38,325 nt of DNA, taken from assembly GCA_038279365.1 (NCBI GenBank), contig JAYODI010000033.1, forward strand, positions 2,940-41,264, written 5' to 3'. Source of the DNA: Candidatus Latescibacterota bacterium (GTDB taxonomy: Bacteria; Latescibacterota; UBA2968). Positions 9,001 through 18,902 of the stretch are shown piece by piece. A program made the position numbers and the translations under genes. A model generated the notes under the pieces. The model saw only the letters and a list, made by a program, of their open reading frames with translations. It searched no databases and was not told where the DNA came from. Within the stretch, counting starts at the first letter, position 1, and every line of letters begins with the position of its first letter.

Positions 9001-9858
9001 TTACGCCAACACTGGATGACACAAAAAAACCCGATATCCACTTTTTTGAAATATCGTGTGTGCTTCACGCGCTTTTTGTTGATCTTCAAACACGCCATAA
9101 AGCGTCGAACCACTCCCAGAAAGAGAGGCCACAACAGCACCAGCCTTTTCAAATTCTATGAGAATTTGAGCCACCTCAGGATGGGTTTGAAGAATAAGTG
9201 GCAAAAAATCGTTTTGAAGGTGTTGAAAAAGATCGGAAACACAAATTTCTTCAGGACTTACAGAGTCAAGGAAAGTAGCATATCCCCTATTTTCTGTCAA
9301 GGCTTTTTTATAATTTGCATAAGCCCAACCTGTGGCAATCTCAAATGTTGGTACAACCAAAACATAGGTAAACGCTGCCAACCAAGGGATATAATTTAGA
9401 TGCTCACCCCGGCCTTTTACCAAAGCAGTGCCCCTTTGTAAGAAAAAAGGCACATCGGAGCCCAACTGTAAGCCCAAATCGCGAAGTGTATCCAAAGACA
9501 AGTTAGACTTCCAAATGCGGTTTAGAGCCAATAATACCGTTGCCGCGTCAGAACTGCCCCCCCCTAAACCTGCACCATAGGGAATCTGTTTTTCAAGGTG
9601 AATTTTAACACCGTTATCAATCCCCGTTGCGTGCCGAAATACGTCAACGGCTCGCCACACCAAATTATCGGTATCACAAGACAAATTGGGATCGTCACAA
9701 GACAATTCGATTTGCCCCTTTTTGGCAACGTCAAAAACCAATTTGTCATATAAGTCTATGGTTTGAAAAATAGATACGAGATCGTGAAAACCATCAGAAC
9801 GCTTTCCCATTATCTGAAGACCCAAATTCAACTTTGCGGGTGCTTTTTCAACAACCAT
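9001..9858 (-). CDS. ispE: 4-diphosphocytidyl-2-C-methyl-D-erythritol kinase
   Basis: APAKLNL, KQIPYGAGLGGGSSDAA, LGSDVPFF, NDF, SGSGS; start ATG 9858 (GGAG SD) or TTG 9867. Confidence 0.96.
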   Translation of the reverse strand: MVVEKAPAKLNLGLQIMGKRSDGFHDLVSIFQTIDLYDKLVFDVAKKGQIELSCDDPNLSCDTDNLVWRAVDVFRHATGIDNGVKIHLEKQIPYGAGLGGGSSDAATVLLALNRIWKSNLSLDTLRDLGLQLGSDVPFFLQRGTALVKGRGEHLNYIPWLAAFTYVLVVPTFEIATGWAYANYKKALTENRGYATFLDSVSPEEICVSDLFQHLQNDFLPLILQTHPEVAQILIEFEKAGAVVASLSGSGSTLYGVFEDQQKAREAHTIFQKSGYRVFLCHPVLA

Positions 9859-9969
9859 ATTCTCCAACCTCTCTCACTAACTGCCAAACTTGCAGTTTAT
9901 CCTTAAAAAACGGTTTACCAACCTCAATGGACAACACACCTGCAATATAAAATGGTGCCATTTTAACAA

Positions 9970-9998
9970 TTGACGCCTCTAAAAAAATATAATACATT
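9970..9998 (+). promoter_or_regulatory. sigma70-type promoter for TPR operon
   Basis: TTGACG-17-TACATT. Confidence 0.65.
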
Positions 9999-10049
9999 GG
10001 AGAAACCATTTCACGTGAGCATACATAAACACTAGGAAAATTTCAAATT

Positions 10050-13000
10050 ATGCATACTTTAGTTAAAAAAGTCGTCTCCTTATTCTTTTGTCTTTCCTGC
10101 TTCGGATCTCCCCATCTTTATGCACAAGCAACCCAAGTCGAAAACAACCATTTTGAAATTGCCCAACGTATGTTTGGCGATGGTGCTTATGCCAATGCGG
10201 CACAAGAATTCAAGCAATTTATCATCAATTTTCCAACCAGTGAACGCTTGCCAGACGCCCTCCTTCGGCTGGGTGAATCTTATGCCCGAGGCAACCAACC
10301 AGAAGAAGCCATTACAGCCTATCAGCAGTTTATAGACCGCTATCCCAGTCATTTTGCCGTCTCAAGTGCCATGCGGTCCAAAGCCCAAGCACTTGAACAA
10401 CTTGGAGAATATAACAAAGCGGGCGTGGCTTACCAAGATGTACATGCCACCTATCCAGAAGGGGAATATGCCATTCAAGACTTGCTTTCGGCGGGTTTAA
10501 ACTTCCATCGCAGCAAAAATTTGGAAGCCGCCGAACAGGCTTTTGGCATACTCATCCGTCAATATCCACAATCGCCATTGCTCAATGAAGCCATCTATAA
10601 CTTAGGTCTTGTGTTGCTCGATGCTCAACGAGCCGAAGAAGCCCGCATACAGTTTAATGCCATCGTCAACTATTCAGGCCCAGCAGAACGCAAACCCGAT
10701 GCCCTCCTTGAAATAGGCAAGATTGCATTGGCACGCGAAGATATTGCCGAGGCCAATCGCATCTTTGAAAACCTAAGAACGAGCTTTCCCAAAAGCCCGT
10801 CGGCCGAAAACGCCTATCTCGTTTTAGGAGGATGGTATGCAAACACAGCAGACTGGGCCGGGGCAGAAACCACTTATCGACTTGCAACCACCAACTTACC
10901 CCGCAACACCCGAAGAGAACAAGCTATTTTAGGGCGCGCCAATGCATTGCGCCAGCTCAACCGCAGTGACGAAGCCCTCAAACTCTATACCGACTTTCTA
11001 AAAGCTTATCCCAACAGTCCCTTTTATGCCCATGCCAGACTCGGGCACGGGCGTTCTTTTGCAGATCTCAAAAATTACCGAGATGCATTACAAGCCCTCA
11101 AACGCCTTCAAGAGTCTTTTCCCAATACCGACGTCAGCACGCAAGCCTACGGAGACATTGGCAACATTTGGCGCATATTGGGTACCCCCCAAAAAGCCCT
11201 ATCGGCCTACCAAACATATGAAACCAAAATACAGTCTGATGTCGAAAAAGCTTCTGCACGCCTCCAAATTGCGCATATATACGAAGACTTAAGCTGGTAT
11301 GATTTGGCAGCCGAAAGCTACCGCCAACTCATTCGTGGCTCAGTTGACCATTATGCATCAGAAGGCCAATTTGGCTTGGCCAGCGTATTCGAAAAAACAG
11401 GCCAAACCCAACTGGCCTTGCGCGAGTATCGCACGTATCTCAAAAATTATGCTGACAGCCCTCAAGCCGAAAATGCCGAAGCGCGTATCCAACTGCTTGA
11501 GATGTTTTACTTGCCCACCCAACAAGAAATCACTTGGATAGAATTACTGGCCAATTTACCCGCCCTGACATCCGACCCCATATCCAGATTTCAATTGGCC
11601 AAATCTTTACATGCACGCAAAATGTATGAACAAGCATCAAAACAGCTTGAAGCCCTATTTCCACAAGAAACAACACCCGAATGGGCCGATGAAGCCCATT
11701 ATTTATTGGGTGAAAACCATCTTAAATTGGCCCAAAAAAGGAAACTTGAAAAACAATTGGAACAGGCCAAAATACATGAAATAAATGGGCTCAATCATCT
11801 CAAAAAGCTCGTAGAAGAATTTCCCCAAAGTGACTGGGCAGATGATGCAGCCTTGTCTATTATCGACCTTGAAACAGCAACATTGCCAGATTCTACGCGT
11901 GTAAAACAACAGTTGGATTTATACACCAATTTCCAAACCACCTATCCCAAAAGCAACCGTCTCAACGACGCCAAATTGCGTATTGCTGATACCTATTTGC
12001 GTTCCAACGACATCGCCAATGCATATAAAATTTATCAAGCCATACAAGCCCAAACCAACAACCAATCCGACAAAGAACGTGCTACCTATGGCATTGGCAT
12101 CTGTCAAACCCGCTTGGGTAATCCATCTCAAGCTGAAGACATTTTGCGCGACTTCCTTTTTGAATATCCACAAAGCGATCTCACCGCTCATGCACGTTTC
12201 CAATTGGGTCAAATTTTGTTGCGAGACCTCAAATATTATGCCAGTGCAGCAGAAGAATTTACAGAACTCTTAGCCGCACCCTCATCTTTAGAACTCGAGC
12301 GCGCCAGTCGTGCTTTGTTGGCGGAGTGTTATTTCCAACTCGAAAACTATGCACAAGCCATTTCTATCGACGAAACATTGCTCAGAAGAGAAGCCACACC
12401 AAGCCTCTTACGACGCCTTGCAAAATCGTATTTTAACAACAACCAACACGACAAAGCCGTGGCAACCTATGCACAGTTTTTGCGAAAGTTTCCCAAAGAA
12501 GCTGATGCCGATAGCATTGCATTTACTAGAGCAGAAAGACTGGCCTATCTCAACCGCATTCCCGAAGCCATCAATGCCTTTCAAGAGTTTTCGAGCAAAT
12601 ACCCCAACAGCTCACTCAAAACACAGGCCAATCAGGCCGTGGGTGATTTGTTTTTCCAAACAGAAAATTATGCCAATGCCATTAAGGCTTATGCACAAAT
12701 ACCCCAAACGTCGCGCAATGAAACCGTTGCTGCACATGAGGTCTTAAGCCTCTTTCGTATCAAACGCATCAAAGAAGCCGATCAGGCTGCGGGGCAATTC
12801 AAAAAGACTTACAAAACAGCCACCGAGTGGTTGGCCCAATTTGAAGTAGAAGAAGGCAAATATCAACTGGCCACCAAAAACCCCAAAAAAGCACGGCAAA
12901 TATTTGAAGACGTCATCAAAAAATACCCACAAACTGAAGCACGAGCAGAAGCCAGTTATTATATCATTCGCGCCTATTACAACGAAGGCCCTGACAAAGA

Positions 13001-13697
13001 AGGCAAAAACGAACCCTATCACGACGCACTCACACAATTTGTACGCAATTTTGCCGACAACACCCATTGGGTAGATGCCAATTTAGAGCTGGCCAAGTTG
13101 TGGGAAGACAATGAAGAATATGCCAGCGCAGCCACATTTTATCGCAACGCCTTAGACAAAGGGGTTGAAAAATCCAGAAAACCAGAACTCCTTTATGACT
13201 TGTCTCAATGCTTCAATTATCTCAAATCTTATGCGGTCGGCATTGATTATGCACGCCAACTCGTACAGGAGTTCCCACAACACAAATTGGCCATTGATGC
13301 GCGCCAAAAAATAGCAGAAATGCTTCAACTCAAAGGCGACTACGAAGCATCCATTCGCGAATTTTTACCCTTGCTCAAACTGGTCACTTCAGAAGATGAA
13401 CGCGCCAGCATTCGTTATAGCATCGGTGATAACTATTTTAGAATGGGTGATTACAACAACGCACGCCGTGAATTTTTGTCTTTGCGTTACAACACCAAAA
13501 TCAGCACCAACTGGATCGCTTCTGCCCAGACCATGATTGCAGAATGTTATGCCAGACAAGGTGATATAGAACAAGCCATTGCAGCACTTGAAGATGTCAA
13601 AATTCGGTTTGGTGCAACAAGCAGTTTTGGTTTAGCGGCAGAAGAACGCATCCAAAGCCTAAAAAGTCGTAGTGGTTCTCAATTTTTACCCAGATAA
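10050..13697 (+). CDS. Large exported TPR-repeat protein (BamD/CpoB-like repeats)
   Basis: Signal peptide; many repeats of A...(Y/F)..(F/L)...(Y/F)P.S...A...LG over 1215 aa. Confidence 0.9.
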   Translation: MHTLVKKVVSLFFCLSCFGSPHLYAQATQVENNHFEIAQRMFGDGAYANAAQEFKQFIINFPTSERLPDALLRLGESYARGNQPEEAITAYQQFIDRYPSHFAVSSAMRSKAQALEQLGEYNKAGVAYQDVHATYPEGEYAIQDLLSAGLNFHRSKNLEAAEQAFGILIRQYPQSPLLNEAIYNLGLVLLDAQRAEEARIQFNAIVNYSGPAERKPDALLEIGKIALAREDIAEANRIFENLRTSFPKSPSAENAYLVLGGWYANTADWAGAETTYRLATTNLPRNTRREQAILGRANALRQLNRSDEALKLYTDFLKAYPNSPFYAHARLGHGRSFADLKNYRDALQALKRLQESFPNTDVSTQAYGDIGNIWRILGTPQKALSAYQTYETKIQSDVEKASARLQIAHIYEDLSWYDLAAESYRQLIRGSVDHYASEGQFGLASVFEKTGQTQLALREYRTYLKNYADSPQAENAEARIQLLEMFYLPTQQEITWIELLANLPALTSDPISRFQLAKSLHARKMYEQASKQLEALFPQETTPEWADEAHYLLGENHLKLAQKRKLEKQLEQAKIHEINGLNHLKKLVEEFPQSDWADDAALSIIDLETATLPDSTRVKQQLDLYTNFQTTYPKSNRLNDAKLRIADTYLRSNDIANAYKIYQAIQAQTNNQSDKERATYGIGICQTRLGNPSQAEDILRDFLFEYPQSDLTAHARFQLGQILLRDLKYYASAAEEFTELLAAPSSLELERASRALLAECYFQLENYAQAISIDETLLRREATPSLLRRLAKSYFNNNQHDKAVATYAQFLRKFPKEADADSIAFTRAERLAYLNRIPEAINAFQEFSSKYPNSSLKTQANQAVGDLFFQTENYANAIKAYAQIPQTSRNETVAAHEVLSLFRIKRIKEADQAAGQFKKTYKTATEWLAQFEVEEGKYQLATKNPKKARQIFEDVIKKYPQTEARAEASYYIIRAYYNEGPDKEGKNEPYHDALTQFVRNFADNTHWVDANLELAKLWEDNEEYASAATFYRNALDKGVEKSRKPELLYDLSQCFNYLKSYAVGIDYARQLVQEFPQHKLAIDARQKIAEMLQLKGDYEASIREFLPLLKLVTSEDERASIRYSIGDNYFRMGDYNNARREFLSLRYNTKISTNWIASAQTMIAECYARQGDIEQAIAALEDVKIRFGATSSFGLAAEERIQSLKSRSGSQFLPR

Positions 13698-13792
13698 ATT
13701 CATTATCCACTGGCACAATACAAAAATGGGGAAGCATCACCATCCACTGTATTTTGCCTTCCTTATAAAATCGCACGGTGGGGGGCAACACC

Positions 13793-14467
13793 ATGCATAG
13801 TGAACTTCTCAAAAAAGTACCTCTTTTTGAGGGTCTCACCCAAGCAGAACTGGAAGGACTGTCGCAAGTTGCTATATTGCGTGTCTTTCCCAAAGACCGC
13901 GTTGTCATTATGGCCGAAGAAGAAGGTGACAGCCTTTTTGTTATCCATACAGGCAGGGTCAAAGTAAGCATAGTAAGTGAAGATGGCAGAGAGGTCATTC
14001 TGTCTATTTTATCCCAAGGCAACTTTTTTGGCGAAATGGCCTTGCTCGATGGCAATCCCAGATCAGCCAATGTTACCACCATGGAAGAAACAGAACTCCT
14101 GATGGTGCGCCGAGCTGATTTTTTGCGTTTTATTCAACTCACCCCGCAAGTGGCCATTAAACTCTTGGCCGTATTGGCGCAACGGTTGCGTAAAACAGAT
14201 CGCAAAATAGAAGGTCTGGCATTGTCTGACGTAACAGGTCGCATCACGCAAACGTTGTTACAATTAGCCGAAGAACATGGCACACCAACAGAAGAAGGTA
14301 TCCTCATTAAAAACCGCCCCACCCACCAAGACCTGGCAAATATGTCAGGCACAACCCGCGAAACCGTTTCACGCATATTGAAACGTTTAGAAACACAAGG
14401 ATATATCATTCCCAAAAGCAAAGACCTACTCATCACAGGCACAGACCTTCCCATATCTGATTCTTAA
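13793..14467 (+). CDS. Crp/Fnr family transcriptional regulator (cNMP-binding)
   Basis: FFGEMALLDGNPRSA cNMP motif; THQDLANMSGTTRETVSRIL HTH. Confidence 0.95.
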   Translation: MHSELLKKVPLFEGLTQAELEGLSQVAILRVFPKDRVVIMAEEEGDSLFVIHTGRVKVSIVSEDGREVILSILSQGNFFGEMALLDGNPRSANVTTMEETELLMVRRADFLRFIQLTPQVAIKLLAVLAQRLRKTDRKIEGLALSDVTGRITQTLLQLAEEHGTPTEEGILIKNRPTHQDLANMSGTTRETVSRILKRLETQGYIIPKSKDLLITGTDLPISDS

Positions 14468-14470
14468 ACT

Positions 14471-15982
14471 ATGCCAGAAAAAACATCCAAAGAAGCACTT
14501 ATCGTTGTTCCAGATGCCACATTGGGCCAAACCCTACGCAAAGAACTGGATCTACTCGGTTGGCAAACAACACTCACCAATAGCATTGGCCCAGCCAAAG
14601 ATCTGCTCTCCCAAAGCAATCTGATTTTGCTTGATGAAAAACTGTTGTCAATGCCTCCCGCTCTATTAACATCTACTTGGATTGACGCGTTTAACAACAA
14701 AACATTTATCTTGGTCGCCACAGAAAATGGCATTCAGTTACAAAACAGCAGTCTAAGACCCGATGCCATATTAGATATACCATTTCGTGCACAAGATCTT
14801 CGTGACGCACTCCATACCTTAATGGGGCACGCCACTTCTCAAAGTCAAATATTGGGTCGTTCAGAAAGTGCCCAGCAAATCAGGCAAACCATTCGACAAA
14901 TTGCCCCAACACCCGTGAGTGTACTCATCACAGGTGAAAGTGGTGTCGGCAAAAATCTCGTAGCCGAAGCCATTCATCAACAAAGCCCCCGACGCGACAA
15001 AAGCTTTCAAACCATTAACTGTGGTGCCATTCCCGAAACTTTGCTCGAAAGTGAGCTCTTTGGCCACGAAAGAGGGGCATTTACCGACGCACGTACCCAA
15101 CGACAGGGCATCTTTGAATCGGCCAATGAAGGCACAATATTTCTCGATGAAATAGGAGAAATGACCCTGTCTGCACAAGTGCGTCTTTTGCGCGTATTAG
15201 ACACACACGAAATCACGCGCCTTGGTAGCACACAACCCATTCACGTTGACGTGCGTGTCATAGCAGCCACCAATCGCGACCTCCAACAAGCGGTTTCTGA
15301 AAAAAAATTTCGCCAAGACCTTTACCAACGCCTTCGCGTGGTTGAAGTAGATATTCCACCTTTGCGCAGTCGCTCAGAAGATATTCCCATCTTGATAGAA
15401 CATGCCATTCAAAAATACAGCAAAGAACTCAACGTGCCCCCTATCACCTTTGATGAAGAAGCACTCAAAGCCCTCCAAAGGCATACTTGGCCAGGCAATG
15501 TGCGCGAGCTTCTCAACTTTATCAATCGCTTAATGGTCTTATCGCCATCACGTCATCTGTCACTTGCCAACATATCGGAACACTTACAAAATATCCAACC
15601 CACATCCTCATCCCATTTGCCCATTCATTTGGGTACCACATCTGCTGAATCAGATCGTGACCTGCTGTATTGGGCCATTCTTGAAGTGGCGCGAGATGTC
15701 AAAGAACTCAAAGCCTTTCTCATGCGTCAAAATCCATCGACACGCTCATTGCAATCATTACCCATTTTTCAGCCCGACCTGTCTGACCCCGGAACAGAAG
15801 TTGAATATACCGAAACAGCTCTCCCCCCAGTTGAAGATGTCATTCGCCCGCTTGAAGACATTGAACGAGAAGCCATTATCAATGCTCTACGCGCCACAGA
15901 TGGCCACCGCAAAAAAGCCGCCAAACTCCTTGGCATGGCCGAACGCACCCTCTATCGAAAAATTCAGCAATACAATCTATAA
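14471..15982 (+). CDS. sigma54-dependent enhancer-binding protein with degenerate receiver-like N-terminus and Fis HTH
   Basis: GESGVGK, ESELFGHERGAFTDA, FLDEIGE, WPGNVREL, C-terminal RKKAAKLLGMAERTLYRK. Confidence 0.93.
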   Translation: MPEKTSKEALIVVPDATLGQTLRKELDLLGWQTTLTNSIGPAKDLLSQSNLILLDEKLLSMPPALLTSTWIDAFNNKTFILVATENGIQLQNSSLRPDAILDIPFRAQDLRDALHTLMGHATSQSQILGRSESAQQIRQTIRQIAPTPVSVLITGESGVGKNLVAEAIHQQSPRRDKSFQTINCGAIPETLLESELFGHERGAFTDARTQRQGIFESANEGTIFLDEIGEMTLSAQVRLLRVLDTHEITRLGSTQPIHVDVRVIAATNRDLQQAVSEKKFRQDLYQRLRVVEVDIPPLRSRSEDIPILIEHAIQKYSKELNVPPITFDEEALKALQRHTWPGNVRELLNFINRLMVLSPSRHLSLANISEHLQNIQPTSSSHLPIHLGTTSAESDRDLLYWAILEVARDVKELKAFLMRQNPSTRSLQSLPIFQPDLSDPGTEVEYTETALPPVEDVIRPLEDIEREAIINALRATDGHRKKAAKLLGMAERTLYRKIQQYNL

Positions 15983-15989
15983 AGCGAAC

Positions 15990-16075
15990 AAACGGTAAAC
16001 GCGAAAAGGCAAAAAGCAGTCTCTCACAAATCAGATTTGATTTGCCGTTTCACGTTTGCCCATTGCCCTTTCACG
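15990..16075. repeat. Inverted array of degenerate 7-bp tandem repeats
   Basis: Left AAACGGT AAACGCG AAAAGGC AAAAAGC; right TTTGCCG TTTCACG TTTGCCC ATTGCCC TTTCACG; 15994-16013 vs 16041-16060 are 17/20 complementary. Confidence 0.7.
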
Positions 16076-16092
16076 GCTTCCCATATTTTTCC

Positions 16093-16121
16093 GGAACCTT
16101 CCACGGGTCTCGTGGGTCTAA
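16093..16121 (+). promoter_or_regulatory. ECF (sigmaE/AlgU-like) promoter upstream of degP
   Basis: GGAACCT-17-TCTAA, ~85 nt before the degP ATG. Confidence 0.65.
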
Positions 16122-16204
16122 TTGGCGCAAACGGTAAAATCACAGCGCGTATAGAATACATAACATACACACCTATCTCATCATTTCTATCAAGGAGCTT
16201 CTAT

Positions 16205-17662
16205 ATGAAAACGCACAAAACCATTTGGGTGTGGGCACTGCTCTTGTGTCTGTCCTCGTTCAACACAACCCATGCTGCATTAAGTGCAGAAGAAAAACAA
16301 GCCGTTGCACAAGTTAAAGCCTTTAACACAGCATTTAAAGCCATTGCACGCGAAGTCACACCCTCGGTTGTGACCATTAATGTCATCTCAAAACCCGAAG
16401 AAAATCAACAAAGAGGCAGACGCATCAACCCTTGGGGCATACCTTTTATGCCCGAAGGAGAAACCAACCCCGAACGTGAAAGTACCGGATCAGGCATCAT
16501 TATGACCGCAAGTGGATATATCCTCACCAACCACCATGTTGCTGGAAAAGCTGACAAACTCACTGTGCGTTTAAGCGACCATCGGGAGTTTGATGCCAAA
16601 TTGGTAGGCTCAGACCCACGCACAGATATTGCAGTTATCAAAGTAGAGGCCAAAGATTTAAAACCCGCACTTGTAGGCCAATCTGACAAAGTGCAAATTG
16701 GCGAATGGGTGTTAGCGGTAGGTGCACCCCTAAACTTAGAGTCCACAGTCACCTCAGGCATTATCAGCGCAATAGGCCGCGACATTAATATCCTTCGCAA
16801 TGACAGCTTTAGCATTGAAGACTTTATTCAAACAGATGCAGCAGTAAACCCTGGTAATTCGGGAGGGGCATTGGTCAACCTTAACGGAGAAGTCATCGGC
16901 GTCAACACGGCCATTGCTTCCACTGAAATGAGAGGGGGTTTTGTTGGATATAGTTTTGCCGTTCCCATCGATTTGGCCAAAAAGGTCATGGATGACATTG
17001 TGAAATATGGCGAGGTCAAACGCGGTATTTTGGGTGTAGCATTAAACGAAGTCACTGCCGGTACGGCCGAAGCCTATGGCCTTGATCGCCCCAAAGGCGT
17101 CTTAATTAGCAACGTCTATTCAAATACGCCCGCAGAAAAAGCAGGCCTTCAAAACAGCGACATCATACTCAGTGTAGATGGAAAAGAAGTAAATCGCCCC
17201 AACCAACTCCAAAGCATTATTGGTCGTAAGCGACCAGATGACACTGTCACATTGGGTATTTTTAGAAAAGGGAAAAGCCGTACTATCACAGCTACCCTCA
17301 GCGATAAAATATCTGAAGAAATGCAACAAACAGCGTCTCGCCCAACCCAAGAACCCAAAGAAGAAGTGTCAGAAATTGGCGTCACCGTACAAGATATTAC
17401 ACCAGAAATTGCCAGTGAAGCAGGCTTGCCAAAAAACACAGAAGGTGTTTTGGTCACCGAAGTTTCAAGCCAAGCCCGACGCGCAGGCTTTGTGCGTGGC
17501 GATGTCATACAAAGTGTTTTGCAACACCCATTTGAACAAGAGATTCGCTCTGTAAAAGAGTTTGAGACCGCACTTGAAAAATTAGAAAAAGGCCGATATG
17601 CCGTATTTTATGTTGAAAATGGTGGGCGACGAAGACCAGTTGAAATGCGTATACCACAATAG
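16205..17662 (+). CDS. degP: Periplasmic serine protease DegP/HtrA (Do family, two PDZ domains)
   Basis: GSG, LTNHHV, TDIAV, IQTDAAVNPGNSGG; start ATG 16205 after AAGGAG, followed by a signal peptide. Confidence 0.93.
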   Translation: MKTHKTIWVWALLLCLSSFNTTHAALSAEEKQAVAQVKAFNTAFKAIAREVTPSVVTINVISKPEENQQRGRRINPWGIPFMPEGETNPERESTGSGIIMTASGYILTNHHVAGKADKLTVRLSDHREFDAKLVGSDPRTDIAVIKVEAKDLKPALVGQSDKVQIGEWVLAVGAPLNLESTVTSGIISAIGRDINILRNDSFSIEDFIQTDAAVNPGNSGGALVNLNGEVIGVNTAIASTEMRGGFVGYSFAVPIDLAKKVMDDIVKYGEVKRGILGVALNEVTAGTAEAYGLDRPKGVLISNVYSNTPAEKAGLQNSDIILSVDGKEVNRPNQLQSIIGRKRPDDTVTLGIFRKGKSRTITATLSDKISEEMQQTASRPTQEPKEEVSEIGVTVQDITPEIASEAGLPKNTEGVLVTEVSSQARRAGFVRGDVIQSVLQHPFEQEIRSVKEFETALEKLEKGRYAVFYVENGGRRRPVEMRIPQ

Positions 17663-17687
17663 ACTTTCCAGTCAATAGTTCGTAATT

Positions 17688-17720
17688 TTTAGGGGCAGGT
17701 TTTTATAACCTGCCCCTAAA
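17688..17720 (+). terminator. Strong hairpin after degP (terminator or REP-like)
   Basis: TTTAGGGGCAGGTT-ttt-at-AACCTGCCCCTAAA. Confidence 0.65.
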
Positions 17721-17754
17721 TTATTTTAATCTCAACCATTCAAAGGATCATACA

Positions 17755-18879
17755 TTGTCTCAAGAAGCACGACTCATTATTGCAGATAGTGAAACCAATG
17801 CAGACCTTTATTATGCCACAGGCTTCTTTGCACCCGACGATTTTATTTTTTTACAAACACCATCTGAAAAATTACTCCTCATATCAGATTTAGAAATTGA
17901 CCGAGCAAAATCTCAATCTCGGATAGACAATGTACTGTCTCTTTCACATTATCTTGCACGTGCCAAAAATGCAGGCCATGAAACACCCACATCATTAGAT
18001 GCACTATGCCAACTGCTGGGTGAAAAAAACATACAAAAACTGCACGTGCCACGCACATTTCCAGTTGCGTCAGCAGATCATTTGCGTACCAAAGGATACA
18101 CCATCACCTTTCCCGAAGAGGCCTATTGGGAAGCACGCGAAATTAAAACACCACAAGAAATCGCTCACATTCGTGACACACAGCAACACACAGAAGTTGC
18201 CATAGATGAGGCCATTAATCTGATTCGCCAATCAGAAATCCAAAACGATCTCCTCTACCTCAATGGGCAACCCCTAACCTCAGAAATCGTCAAACATCGC
18301 ATTCAAACGATATTGCTCGAACGTGAGTGCAATGCGTCTCACACCATTGTGGCCTGTGGCAATCAAGCCTGTGACCCACACAACGAAGGCCAAGGGCCAC
18401 TCAAAGCACATCAAGCCATCATCATCGATATTTTTCCGCGCTCCAACCGCACGGGTTATTTCGCAGATATTACACGCACCGTTGTCAAAGGGCAACCGTC
18501 TGCACAACTTCAACATCTGTATGAGACCGTCCTTGCAGGGCAACAAATTGCACTGGATCACATCAAAGACGGTGCCGATGGCCAAGCTATTCACAAAAAA
18601 ATCGTAGACCTTTTCGAAAGTCATCACTATAAAACGGGTGAAATCAATGGTCGCATGCAAGGCTACTTTCATGGCACAGGTCATGGCGTGGGTTTAGAAA
18701 TACATGAAGCACCACGCATTGGTAAAACTGCACAAACCTTGCGCACAGGACATGTGGTGACTGTAGAACCAGGCCTATACTATCCCACCCGAGGAGCAGT
18801 ACGCATAGAAGACCTTGTGGTCGTAACTTCAAATGGGTGTGAAAACTTGACGACCTATCCCAAATTTTTAAACGTTTGA
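17755..18879 (+). CDS. Xaa-Pro aminopeptidase/dipeptidase (M24B)
   Basis: GYFADITRT, HGTGHGVGLEIHEAP, TVEPGLY, VRIED; TTG start after AAGGA. Confidence 0.93.
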   Translation: MSQEARLIIADSETNADLYYATGFFAPDDFIFLQTPSEKLLLISDLEIDRAKSQSRIDNVLSLSHYLARAKNAGHETPTSLDALCQLLGEKNIQKLHVPRTFPVASADHLRTKGYTITFPEEAYWEAREIKTPQEIAHIRDTQQHTEVAIDEAINLIRQSEIQNDLLYLNGQPLTSEIVKHRIQTILLERECNASHTIVACGNQACDPHNEGQGPLKAHQAIIIDIFPRSNRTGYFADITRTVVKGQPSAQLQHLYETVLAGQQIALDHIKDGADGQAIHKKIVDLFESHHYKTGEINGRMQGYFHGTGHGVGLEIHEAPRIGKTAQTLRTGHVVTVEPGLYYPTRGAVRIEDLVVVTSNGCENLTTYPKFLNV

Positions 18880-18902
18880 GAAACCATCGTTCAGGAGTTC
18901 AC

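Noticed and set aside
9941..9960. sigma54 promoter for ispE (TGGCAC...TTGCA)
   Set aside because: Spacer is 9 nt rather than the strict 5.
13711..13726. TGGCAC upstream of crp as a sigma54 site
   Set aside because: No GC at the -12 position.
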